Source of the DNA: Mycolicibacterium smegmatis
Lineage (GTDB): Bacteria > Actinomycetota > Actinomycetes > Mycobacteriales > Mycobacteriaceae
Length of the DNA stretch: 32,000 bases
Reading direction: 5' to 3'
Assembly: GCF_001457595.1 (NCBI RefSeq)
Contig: NZ_LN831039.1
Location: forward strand, 2,640,001 to 2,672,000
In this document: positions 1 through 7,682 of the stretch, piece by piece
Layout: each line of letters opens with the position of its first letter
Numbering within the stretch: position 1 is the stretch's first letter
Notes under the pieces: generated by a model
Databases searched by the model: none
The model's input: only the letters and a program-made list of their open reading frames with translations
What the model was told of the DNA's origin: nothing
Translations under genes and position numbers: made by a program

Positions 1-1
1 G

Positions 2-925
2 AGCGTCATCAAACCCGCCCACCAGACCCCGCTGTCGATGCTGGCGCTCATGGACATCCTCTCGGAGGTCGGCGTGCCCGCCGGCGCCGTCAACTGTGTC
101 ACCGCCATGGACGCCGGCGGCGTGATGGAACCTCTCGTCAGGTCCGGTCTGGCGCGCAAGCTCTCGTTCACCGGGTCCACCAAGGTGGGGCGCATGCTGC
201 TGGAGCAGTGCGCCGAGAAGATCCTGCGCACCTCTCTGGAACTCGGCGGCAACGCACCGCTGATCGTGTTCGAGGACGCCGATCTCGACGAGGCCGTCGA
301 GGGCGCGATCCTCGCCAAGATGCGCAACATGGGGGAGGCCTGCACGGCCGCCAACCGGCTGTTCGTGCACTCGTCGGTGATCGACGAGTTCGGCAGGCGC
401 CTCGCCGAGCGCATGGCGGAGATGCCCGTCGGGCGCGGTACCGAGGACGGTGTGCGGGTGGGGCCGCTGATCGACGAGGCCGCACTGCAGAAGGTCACGT
501 CGCTGGTCGACGACGCGGTCAAGCGTGGCGCCACCGTGCTGACCGGTGGCTCGGCGCCGTCGGGTCCCGGGTTCTTCTATCCGCCGACGGTGCTCAGCGG
601 TGTGCCGCGCGACGCGGAGATGGTGGGCCAGGAGATCTTCGGGCCGGTCGCGCCGCTGACGCCGTTCGATACCGAGGAAGAGGCCGTGGCCGCCGCCAAC
701 GACACCGAATACGGGCTCGTCTCTTACGTTTTCACCAATGACCTGCGTCGCGCGCTGCGCGTCGCGGAGGCACTCGAAACCGGCATGGTCGGGCTCAACC
801 AGGGCATCGTCTCCAACCCCGCGGCGCCGTTCGGCGGCATCAAGGAATCCGGCCTCGGACGGGAAGGCGGCGCGGTCGGTATCGACGAGTTCCTGGAGAC
901 CAAGTACGTCGGTATCAAGATGTGA
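2..925 (+). CDS. NAD(P)-dependent aldehyde dehydrogenase, succinate-semialdehyde dehydrogenase-like; 5' end lies outside the window
   Basis: Frame is open from the window edge (..VIKPAHQTPLSMLALMDIL..) to TGA 923-925. ALDH hallmark boxes are present: SLELGGNAPLIVFEDADLD (Glu box) and NMGEACTAANRLFVH (Cys box). The ending is typical of the family (GIKESGLGREGG). Confidence 0.88.
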   Translation, partial: SVIKPAHQTPLSMLALMDILSEVGVPAGAVNCVTAMDAGGVMEPLVRSGLARKLSFTGSTKVGRMLLEQCAEKILRTSLELGGNAPLIVFEDADLDEAVEGAILAKMRNMGEACTAANRLFVHSSVIDEFGRRLAERMAEMPVGRGTEDGVRVGPLIDEAALQKVTSLVDDAVKRGATVLTGGSAPSGPGFFYPPTVLSGVPRDAEMVGQEIFGPVAPLTPFDTEEEAVAAANDTEYGLVSYVFTNDLRRALRVAEALETGMVGLNQGIVSNPAAPFGGIKESGLGREGGAVGIDEFLETKYVGIKM

Positions 926-940
926 GGTGGGGCGGCGGCG

Positions 941-1663
941 TCACCCCTTGCCGCCGCCATCACTGTTGCCCTTGCGCTTGCCCTTTCCCTTGCCACTGCC
1001 GTCGCCGTTGCCGTTGCCATCCGGCGGGATCAGCCGGTTGAGCGCGTCGTCCATGTGGGCGATCAGCAGTTCGTCGGTGAGCTCGCGGTCACCGGCCTTG
1101 ATCGCGGCGGCGATGGCGCGGTGCTCCTCGCTGCGGAAGTCCGAGACCGAGTAGGACTCGTCGAGTGCGTGGATGCACATCTGGGTCTCGGTGATGAACG
1201 TCTGGTGCATGCGGCTGAGGCGCGGGCTGTCGGACAGTTCCACCAGGCGGATGTGGAATCTGATGTCCACCTCGCTGTTCTCGGCCGGGGTACGCGCCTT
1301 CGTCATCTGCTCGACGATCTCCAGCAGCGCGTCGCCCGCCGCGACGTGGTCACCGCGCAGGATCTTGGCGGCCGCCGCGCGCTCGATGGCCTCGCGGGCC
1401 AGGTACATGTCGCACACCTCGTCGGGCGTCATCTCGATGACGAACAGGCCGCGGTGACGGATCGACACCAGCAGCCCCTCCTGCGTGAGCCGCTGCATGC
1501 CCTCACGCAGCGGTCCGCGGCTCACGCCGAGTTTCTGTGCCAGTGCGGCCTCACTGAGCTGTTGGCCAGGCTTGAACTCGCGGGCACCGATCGCCTGCCG
1601 CAGCTTGTCGGCGATCAGGCTCGGCGTCGACTGCTGCTCGAGCGGCTCGAGATAGCTCGTCAT
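941..1663 (-). CDS. GntR-family transcriptional regulator (FadR/FCD subfamily) with a Gly/Asn/Lys-rich C-terminal tail
   Basis: 240 aa. N-terminal winged-helix signature LSEAALAQKLGVSRGPLREGMQRLTQEGLLVSIRHRGLFV is followed by a helical FCD-like domain. ATG 1663 overlaps the stop of the upstream gene (ATGA, 1660-1663). Confidence 0.88.
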   Translation of the reverse strand: MTSYLEPLEQQSTPSLIADKLRQAIGAREFKPGQQLSEAALAQKLGVSRGPLREGMQRLTQEGLLVSIRHRGLFVIEMTPDEVCDMYLAREAIERAAAAKILRGDHVAAGDALLEIVEQMTKARTPAENSEVDIRFHIRLVELSDSPRLSRMHQTFITETQMCIHALDESYSVSDFRSEEHRAIAAAIKAGDRELTDELLIAHMDDALNRLIPPDGNGNGDGSGKGKGKRKGNSDGGGKG

Positions 1664-2382
1664 TGCCGGCCCCCTTCGAACAGGGTGCCCAATCCGGGCA
1701 GGACAGGCACCGGCCCCAGCAGTTCCATGCCCTTCCAGATCGTCACCTGGTTGGCGGTGAGAACGGGCTTGCCGACCGCGGTCTCCAGATCCTCGATGAT
1801 CGCCAGGGTGTGCATCGCGGTGTCGGGGACCAGCACCGCATCGGCCTCAGGGTGGTCCGCGGCCTTGACCATCGCGATCACGTCGTCGCGCTCCAGTGTG
1901 CCGACCTCGGCGGCCGTGATGATCCCGTGGCTGCCCATGGTCACCACCTCGATGCCGCCCGCCCGCAGGAATTCGACGAAGTGCTGCGCGACGTCCTCGG
2001 GATACGACGCGGCCACCGCGACCCGGCGGATGCCGAGGTGTTTCGCGGCGTCGACGAACGCGAGCGAGGTCGACGACGCGGGCACACCGGACGCGGCCGC
2101 GACTCCGGCCGCCTGCTCGCGGGCGCCCTCAGGACCGAACACGAAACTGCCCGACGTGCACGCCCACATCACCGCGTCGGGCTTCTCGGCTGCGAGTTGC
2201 GCCGCGCCGTCGGCGAGACGTTCGCTGCGTCCCAGGTCGAGCAGCGCGTCGACCCGGTGGGCGTCTTCGCCGACCGAGGTGATCACCACGGGGAGTCGGA
2301 CCGTTCCGCCTACTCGAGACTCCAGTGCCGGAAAATCGTCTTCGGCGCTGTGGCCGGGGTAGAGGAGGCCGACTGTGACCAT
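1660..2382 (-). CDS. Asp/Glu/hydantoin-racemase-superfamily protein (maleate isomerase / arylmalonate decarboxylase / EutA-like), single-Cys variant
   Basis: 240 aa. It aligns by eye end to end with the 8846-9568 paralog (shared ACTSGSF box and C-terminal GKPVL(T/S)ANQVTIW). AAGGAG Shine-Dalgarno lies just upstream of ATG 2382. Confidence 0.8.
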   Translation of the reverse strand: MVTVGLLYPGHSAEDDFPALESRVGGTVRLPVVITSVGEDAHRVDALLDLGRSERLADGAAQLAAEKPDAVMWACTSGSFVFGPEGAREQAAGVAAASGVPASSTSLAFVDAAKHLGIRRVAVAASYPEDVAQHFVEFLRAGGIEVVTMGSHGIITAAEVGTLERDDVIAMVKAADHPEADAVLVPDTAMHTLAIIEDLETAVGKPVLTANQVTIWKGMELLGPVPVLPGLGTLFEGGRQ

Positions 2383-2431
2383 GCTTTCTCCTTGATCCCT
2401 CGAGGCTCACCCGAGACACGCTCGGGCGAAT

Positions 2432-2440
2432 TGATAGATT
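2432..2440 (+). promoter_or_regulatory. Extended -10 element TGATAGATT for the FAD/Fe-S oxidase gene (predicted leaderless mRNA)
   Basis: TGn + TAGATT (TAnnnT class) ends 7 nt before ATG 2448. On the opposite strand a TATCAT hexamer (2453-2448) could serve the divergent operon. Confidence 0.45.
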
Positions 2441-2449
2441 GTCGACAAT
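2438..2449. promoter_or_regulatory. Perfect 12-bp palindrome ATTGTCGACAAT; candidate GntR/FadR-type operator
   Basis: Lies in the 65-bp divergent region between the racemase-like/GntR operon and the FAD/Fe-S oxidase gene. It fits the GT-Nx-AC core typical of GntR-family operators. A near-identical copy lies at 9607-9618. Confidence 0.55.
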
Positions 2450-5306
2450 GATAACCTCCGCCTCCTACGACGTGCGCAGTCTGGCCCGAGCCTTGGCAGC
2501 CGAACTGCGGGGCACGGTCGGACCCGACACCCGAAGCCGTGCCCTGTATGCCGCCGACGCGTCGAACTATCGCGCCGTGCCCGATCTCGTCGTCGTCCCC
2601 GCGGACGCCGAGGACCTCGCGACCGCCGTCACGCTGGTCGCCGCCGCGGGCGCCCCGGTGACCATGCGCGGCGCCGGAACGTCGATGGCGGGCAACGCGA
2701 TCGGCGGTGTGGTGATCGACGCGTCGCGACACGTCAACCGCATCCTCGACATCGACGCCGAAACCCGCACGGCGATCGTCGAACCGGGCGTGGTGCTCAC
2801 CGACCTGCTCGCGGCGGCCGCTCCGCACGGGCTCACGTTCGGCGCCGACCCCTCGTCGGCGAGCCGGGCGACCCTCGGCGGGATGATCGCCAACAACGCG
2901 TGCGGCGCGCATTCGGTGGCCTGGGGGACCACTGCCGACAATGTGCGGTCGCTGGACATCCTCCTGCCCGACGGGACGCGCTGCACGGTCGAATCCGTCG
3001 GCGACCGCGCCGAACTCGCCGCGCGGCCCGGGCGCGAAGGTGACCTGCACCGCCGCCTGCAGAGCTTCGCCGACCGCAACGAACTGGTGATCCGCAGGCG
3101 CTTCGGGCAGTTCACCCGGCAGATCTCGGGGTACGCGCTGCACCGGTTGCTGCCGGAGAACGGATACGACGTCGCGGGGTTGTTGTGCGGTAGCGAGGGC
3201 GGTTTCGCCGCGACCCTGCGGGCCACGGTCGCGCTGACCCCGCTGCCGGCCGCGAAAGTGTTGTGCGTGCTCGGTTTCGCCGATTCGGTCACCGCGGCCG
3301 AGTGTGTCCCGGTGGTGCTGCGGCACGAACCGCTCACGATGGAATCGATCAACATCGACCTCGTCGAACGCCTACCTGCCGAAGTGCGCACGGCCGCAAC
3401 CGAAGCCGGGCTGCCGCCGGGGCGGGCGTGGCTCCTGGTGGAGATGGGCGGTGCCGACCGCGCGTCGGCGGCCGTGGCGGCCGAGAAAATGCGCGAAGAA
3501 CTCCGTGACTCGGGGTCGCCTGCCACGTCGTCGCTGGTCACCGAACCGGCCGCGCAGCGCGTGCTGTGGCGGTGCCGCACCGACGCGGCAGGCCTCGCGA
3601 CCCGCCGGGCCGACGGTGCCGAGGCGTGGGGCGGGTGGGAGGACGCCGCCGTCCCACCGCAGCGCCTCGGTGACTACCTGCGCGGACTCGACGACCTGCT
3701 CGGCCGCCACGGACTCTCGGGTGCCTCCTACGGGCACTTCGGCGAGGGCTGCATGCACATGCGCATCGACTTCGACCTGCTCAGCTCGGCCGGACTCGCG
3801 ACCTACCGTGAGTTCGTCGAACAGGCCACCGATCTGGTGGTGACGCTCGGCGGCTCGGTGTCCGGTGAACACGGCGACGGGCGGGCACGTTCGGCGTTGC
3901 TCGGCCGCATGTACGGCGACGACGGTGTGGCGCTGCTGGCCGAGATGAAGGACATCTGGGATCCCGGCCGGGTGATGAATCCCGGCGTCATCGTCGACCC
4001 ACCCGCGGTCAACGCAGGTATCCGGCACGACGGACCCGCCAAGGACCGCAAGCTGCTCACCTTGTTCAGCTACGCCGACGACGATCACGACTTCGCGCAG
4101 GCGCAACGCCGGTGCGTGGGAATCGGTAAGTGCCGTCAGCATTCCGGCGGTGTGATGTGTCCGAGCTATCAGGTCACGCGCGAGGAACTGCATTCGACGC
4201 GTGGACGGGCGCGCCTGCTGTGGGAGATGCTGCAGGGCGACGTGGTCGCAGACGGCTGGCGTTCGACCGAGGTGCGTGACGCACTCGATCTGTGCCTGTC
4301 GTGCAAGGGCTGCCTGTCCGACTGCCCGGTCAACGTCGACATGGCCACGTACAAGGCGGAATTCACCCACCACCACTACGCGCGGCGCCCGTGGGCCCGC
4401 CCGCTGTCGCACTGGTCGATGGGCTGGCTGCCGCTCTCGGCGCGTATCGCGGCCAAGGCACCGCGCCTGGTCAACAGGCTCGCACGGCTCCCGCTGACCA
4501 AGCGACTCGGCGGGATCGCGCCGGAACGCGAGGTCCCGGCGTTCGCCGAGCAGTCGTTCACCGAATGGTTCACCGGCCGCACGCCGGTCACCGGTGGCGC
4601 GAAGGGGCCCGTCCTGCTGTGGCCCGACACCTTCACCAATTACCTTGCCCCTGAGGTGGGCCGCGCGGCCGTCGAGGTGCTGGAGGCCGCCGGATACGAC
4701 GTGGTGCTGCCGGACAAGCCGGTGTGCTGCGGGTTGACCTGGATCTCCACCGGCCAGCTGAGCACCGCGAAGAAGGTGCTCGAGCGCACGCTGGCCGCCG
4801 TCGCACCACAGGTGGCCGCCGGCATGCCGGTCGTCGGGCTGGAGCCCAGTTGCCTTGCGGCGCTGCGTCACGACGCGCCCGCGTTGCTGCCCGGGAACCC
4901 CGTGGTGCAGGCCGTGGCCGACGCGACCCACACGTTCGCGCAGTTCCTGTCGGACTGGGAGCCACCGCACGTCGGCGGGCAGGCGCTGGTGCAGACCCAC
5001 TGCCATCAACATGCAGTGCTCGGGTTCGACGCCGAACGGGCCATGATGGCTGCGGCCGGGATCGAGGCGACCGTACCCGATTCCGGATGTTGTGGTCTGG
5101 CAGGAAACTTCGGCTTCGAACGCGGACACTACGAGGTGTCCAAGGCCGCCGGTGAGCGGGTCCTGCTGCCCGCCGTGCGCGACGCGGCGCCGACGACGGC
5201 GATCGTCGCCGACGGGTTCAGCTGCCGCACGCAGATCGCCCAGGGCACACCACGGCGGCCCGTGCATCTCGCGCAGGTGATCGCCGCGGCGCTGCGTCGC
5301 GGTTAG
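2448..5306 (+). CDS. FAD-linked oxidase fused to an Fe-S/CCG oxidoreductase domain (GlcD-GlcF fusion, YdiJ-like; D-2-hydroxyacid dehydrogenase type)
   Basis: The ORF opens at TTG 2439, but ATG 2448 lies 7 nt after a TGATAGATT extended -10 (leaderless geometry). N-terminal FAD-binding PCMH-type region: VVVPADAEDLATAVTLVAAAGAPVTMRGAGTSMAGNAIG. Two 4Fe-4S motifs: CVGIGKCRQHSGGVMCP and CLSCKGCLSDCP. Two CCG motifs: PVCCGL and SGCCGLAGNFG. Confidence 0.88.
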   Translation: MITSASYDVRSLARALAAELRGTVGPDTRSRALYAADASNYRAVPDLVVVPADAEDLATAVTLVAAAGAPVTMRGAGTSMAGNAIGGVVIDASRHVNRILDIDAETRTAIVEPGVVLTDLLAAAAPHGLTFGADPSSASRATLGGMIANNACGAHSVAWGTTADNVRSLDILLPDGTRCTVESVGDRAELAARPGREGDLHRRLQSFADRNELVIRRRFGQFTRQISGYALHRLLPENGYDVAGLLCGSEGGFAATLRATVALTPLPAAKVLCVLGFADSVTAAECVPVVLRHEPLTMESINIDLVERLPAEVRTAATEAGLPPGRAWLLVEMGGADRASAAVAAEKMREELRDSGSPATSSLVTEPAAQRVLWRCRTDAAGLATRRADGAEAWGGWEDAAVPPQRLGDYLRGLDDLLGRHGLSGASYGHFGEGCMHMRIDFDLLSSAGLATYREFVEQATDLVVTLGGSVSGEHGDGRARSALLGRMYGDDGVALLAEMKDIWDPGRVMNPGVIVDPPAVNAGIRHDGPAKDRKLLTLFSYADDDHDFAQAQRRCVGIGKCRQHSGGVMCPSYQVTREELHSTRGRARLLWEMLQGDVVADGWRSTEVRDALDLCLSCKGCLSDCPVNVDMATYKAEFTHHHYARRPWARPLSHWSMGWLPLSARIAAKAPRLVNRLARLPLTKRLGGIAPEREVPAFAEQSFTEWFTGRTPVTGGAKGPVLLWPDTFTNYLAPEVGRAAVEVLEAAGYDVVLPDKPVCCGLTWISTGQLSTAKKVLERTLAAVAPQVAAGMPVVGLEPSCLAALRHDAPALLPGNPVVQAVADATHTFAQFLSDWEPPHVGGQALVQTHCHQHAVLGFDAERAMMAAAGIEATVPDSGCCGLAGNFGFERGHYEVSKAAGERVLLPAVRDAAPTTAIVADGFSCRTQIAQGTPRRPVHLAQVIAAALRRG

Positions 5307-5324
5307 CCCAACAACCGCAGCGCC
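5288..5324. terminator. Candidate bidirectional hairpin spanning the overlapping stop codons of convergent genes
   Basis: GGCGCTGCG (5288-5296) pairs with CGCAGCGCC (5316-5324). An alternative inner stem is GCGGTT/AACCGC. The stops TAG (+, 5304-5306) and TAA (-, 5303-5305) overlap inside the loop. There is no U-tract. Confidence 0.3.
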
Positions 5325-6475
5325 GTCAGCACATACGCACGCGCCGCGACGAGAAGCTGCTCGACAGCGACGGATTCGTCGGCGCGGTGTGCCTGCTCGG
5401 TGACCGAGCCCGGGCCCAGCACCACGACGGGCACGCCGAGATCACGCGCGATGAACCCGCCGTCGCACGCGGCGGTCCAGCCCCCGACGGGCAGGCCGGG
5501 GCCGCCGGCGTCGGCGAGCGCGGACTCGGCGGTCAGCACCAGATCGGCGTCGGCGGGGGTCTGGAAAGGCGGCATCTCCATGGGCATCGACACGTCGACA
5601 CTCAGACCGCGATCGGCCAGTCCGGTGAGGCGCGTGCGCAGGCCGTCGACCACGTCCGCGCCTGATTCGCCTGGCAACAGCCTGCGGTCGGCGACCAGCA
5701 CGCACTCGTCGGGGACGATGGCGCCCGCGGTGCCGCCGTGCACCTGCCCTACGCTCCACGTCGCCGCGCCCAACAGTGGATGCGGTTGCCGCGCGAGTTC
5801 CCGGTGCAACCGCTCGATCTCCGCGATCGCCGCCGCCGCACCGTAGATCGCGTTGGCCCCGTCATCGGGATTGCCGGCGTGGCAGGCCTTTCCATGGATC
5901 TCGACGCGTACGTAGGAGGCGCCGCGGGCGCCGATGATCGTCTGCAAATCCGTGGGCTCGGCGGTGATGCAGCCCAGGTAGTTCCTGTGGACAGCGTCCA
6001 CATACGCGCGGATGCCCTTGCCGTTCTCCTCCTCGTCGACCAGCGCCGCGAGTTCCACAGGGCCGCTGAGCCCGGCCCCGCGCAGCGCCGCCATCGCGGC
6101 GAGCGCCGCGGCGAGCCCGCCCTTCATGTCCGACGTACCACGCCCGTAGATGCGGCCGTCCCGCAGAACACCGCCGAACGGGTCTGTGGTCCAACCGGTT
6201 CCGGCCGGCACGACATCGGTGTGACCGAGCATCAGCAGGCCCGGTCCGGAACCGCCGTTCAGCGTGACGCTGATGTTGTCGCGGCCCGGTTCGACCTGGG
6301 TCTCGTCGACCTCCAGATCGAGCGCCGCGGCCGCGTCGGCCAGTGTCCGGACGGTCGCTGCCTCCTCACCGGGCGGGTTCTCGCCTGCCGACCGCACCAG
6401 CGCGACGGTCAGGTCGACCATCAGCGTCTCGTCGAGACGGTCCAGCACGGCCTGCTCGTATGCCGAGATGCCCAC
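5303..6475 (-). CDS. M20-family metallo-deacylase (ArgE/DapE-like)
   Basis: The track ORF runs to 6667, but that extension overlaps the upstream gene and is Arg/Ser/Pro-rich. GTG 6475 lies 4 nt after the aminotransferase stop (6480-6482). M20A hallmarks: LMLGHTDVVPAGTGWTTDPF and GRGTSDMKGG. Confidence 0.85.
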   Translation of the reverse strand: MGISAYEQAVLDRLDETLMVDLTVALVRSAGENPPGEEAATVRTLADAAAALDLEVDETQVEPGRDNISVTLNGGSGPGLLMLGHTDVVPAGTGWTTDPFGGVLRDGRIYGRGTSDMKGGLAAALAAMAALRGAGLSGPVELAALVDEEENGKGIRAYVDAVHRNYLGCITAEPTDLQTIIGARGASYVRVEIHGKACHAGNPDDGANAIYGAAAAIAEIERLHRELARQPHPLLGAATWSVGQVHGGTAGAIVPDECVLVADRRLLPGESGADVVDGLRTRLTGLADRGLSVDVSMPMEMPPFQTPADADLVLTAESALADAGGPGLPVGGWTAACDGGFIARDLGVPVVVLGPGSVTEQAHRADESVAVEQLLVAARAYVLTALRLLG

Positions 6476-6479
6476 GGGT

Positions 6480-7679
6480 TCAGGGCCTGAGCTTCTCGAC
6501 CGCCCGGCGCAGCCGCGCGATGCCCTCACGGATCCGCTCGGGTGGCGTCGACGCGAAACACAGGCGCAGCGCGTTGGCGAACCGGCCGGACGGTGAGAAC
6601 GCCGCACCGGGGATGTACGCGACACCCTCGGCGAGGGCGACATCGAACAGGGCGGTCGCATCGACATCCCCGTCGAGGGTGACCCACAGGAAGAAGCCGC
6701 CGTCAGGGTCGGTCCACCGCGCGATGCCGCCGAAGTGCTCGTGCAACGCCGCGTGCATGGCCTCCTTGCGGCGCCTGTACTCGGCCCGCTGCGTCACCAG
6801 GTGGTCCGCGAGGTGCCCGCCGGTGAGGAAACCCGCGAGCAGGCGCTGCGCGGGAAGGTTGGTGCACGTGTCCATGGCCTGTTTGGCGTTGATCAGCAGC
6901 GGTTGCAGTTCGGGGTCGGTGTCCACCCATCCCACGCGCAGGCCCGGTGCGACGATCTTCGAGAACGTCCGCACCGAGAACACCAGCGGGTCACCGCCGC
7001 CCAGTTCGCGCAGCGTCGGCAGCGGATCGCCCGCGAACCGCAGCAGCCCGTAGGGATCGTCGTCGAGGATCATCGACCCCCAGTCGCGCGCCAGCTCGAG
7101 CAGGCGCAGTCTGCGCTCAAGCGACATCGTCACGCCCGACGGGTTCTGGAACGTCGGAATCGTGTAGATGGCCTTGGGTTTGCGGCCCGCGTCGGCGACC
7201 AGCCGCTCCAGCGCGTCGACGTCCATACCCTCGTCGTCGACCGGCACCTCCAGCAGCGTGGCGCCGTAGGACAGCGCGGTCGCGCTGCCGTTGGTGTACG
7301 TGGGGGATTCGACCGTGACCAGATCACCGGGGTCGACGAAGATCTTGCAGAACAGGTCGAGGCCCTGCATGCCGCCCGCCGTGATGGTCAAGCGCTCGGC
7401 GGTCGTCTCGTCGCTGGTGCCTCGCAGCATGTCCAGCAGCGCGGCGTGCAGCGGCGGGTCACCTTCGGTGGCCGCGTAGTCGTAGGCGTCGGGTCTGCTG
7501 AGTTGATGAGCGGCGATACCGGCCAGGATCTCCGACGGGACGGCCTCGGCTGCGGGACTGCCCATCGCGAACCGCACGATGTCGTGGGTCTGCTTGTGCA
7601 GCAACGAGGTACTGGAATCGATCACCGAGCCGACCAAACCGGCGGCGCGGGTGGCGTAGGGGAGTGTGGACGACCTCAT
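6480..7679 (-). CDS. PLP-dependent aminotransferase, class I/II (ARO8/2-aminoadipate-aminotransferase-like, no HTH domain)
   Basis: 399 aa. AGGAGG lies 6 nt upstream of ATG 7679. PLP-lysine context is VRTFSKIVAPGLRVGW. The N-terminus resembles the catalytic domain of MocR/ARO8-type enzymes. Confidence 0.85.
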   Translation of the reverse strand: MRSSTLPYATRAAGLVGSVIDSSTSLLHKQTHDIVRFAMGSPAAEAVPSEILAGIAAHQLSRPDAYDYAATEGDPPLHAALLDMLRGTSDETTAERLTITAGGMQGLDLFCKIFVDPGDLVTVESPTYTNGSATALSYGATLLEVPVDDEGMDVDALERLVADAGRKPKAIYTIPTFQNPSGVTMSLERRLRLLELARDWGSMILDDDPYGLLRFAGDPLPTLRELGGGDPLVFSVRTFSKIVAPGLRVGWVDTDPELQPLLINAKQAMDTCTNLPAQRLLAGFLTGGHLADHLVTQRAEYRRRKEAMHAALHEHFGGIARWTDPDGGFFLWVTLDGDVDATALFDVALAEGVAYIPGAAFSPSGRFANALRLCFASTPPERIREGIARLRRAVEKLRP

Positions 7680-7682
7680 CGG

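Noticed and set aside
931-958. GC-only hairpin GGCGGCGG-N12-CCGCCGCC between the convergent ALDH and GntR genes, as a possible bidirectional terminator.
   Set aside because: The right arm is part of the repetitive Gly-codon tail of the GntR gene and the loop is 12 nt with no U-tract, so it cannot be distinguished from chance pairing of GGC/GCC repeats.
3372-5267. 631-aa minus-strand ORF antisense to the FAD/Fe-S oxidase gene. Similar long antisense or off-frame ORFs include 1055-2362, 2310-3326, 2567-3580, 6735-8783, 9573-10751, 10853-11848, 12238-13767, 17714-18739, 22495-23241, 24014-26230 and 26301-27188.
   Set aside because: These have Arg/Pro/Gly/Ala-dominated, motif-free translations, typical of stop-codon-poor alternative frames in high-G+C DNA. 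Each is fully overlapped by a gene with clear family motifs on the other strand or frame.
6476-6667. N-terminal extensions offered by the ORF track: 6476-6667 (M20), 8850-9491 (M24), 14595-15095 (permease), 11842-12072 (DUF3830-like), 20868-21176 (yraN), 21508-21546 (comM-like), 22551-23054 (dprA), 26388-26432 (DUF5995-like).
   Set aside because: The extensions overlap the upstream gene or have non-coding-like composition. Downstream starts give ATGA/TTGA/TGATG coupling, or good SD spacing, and family-typical N-termini.
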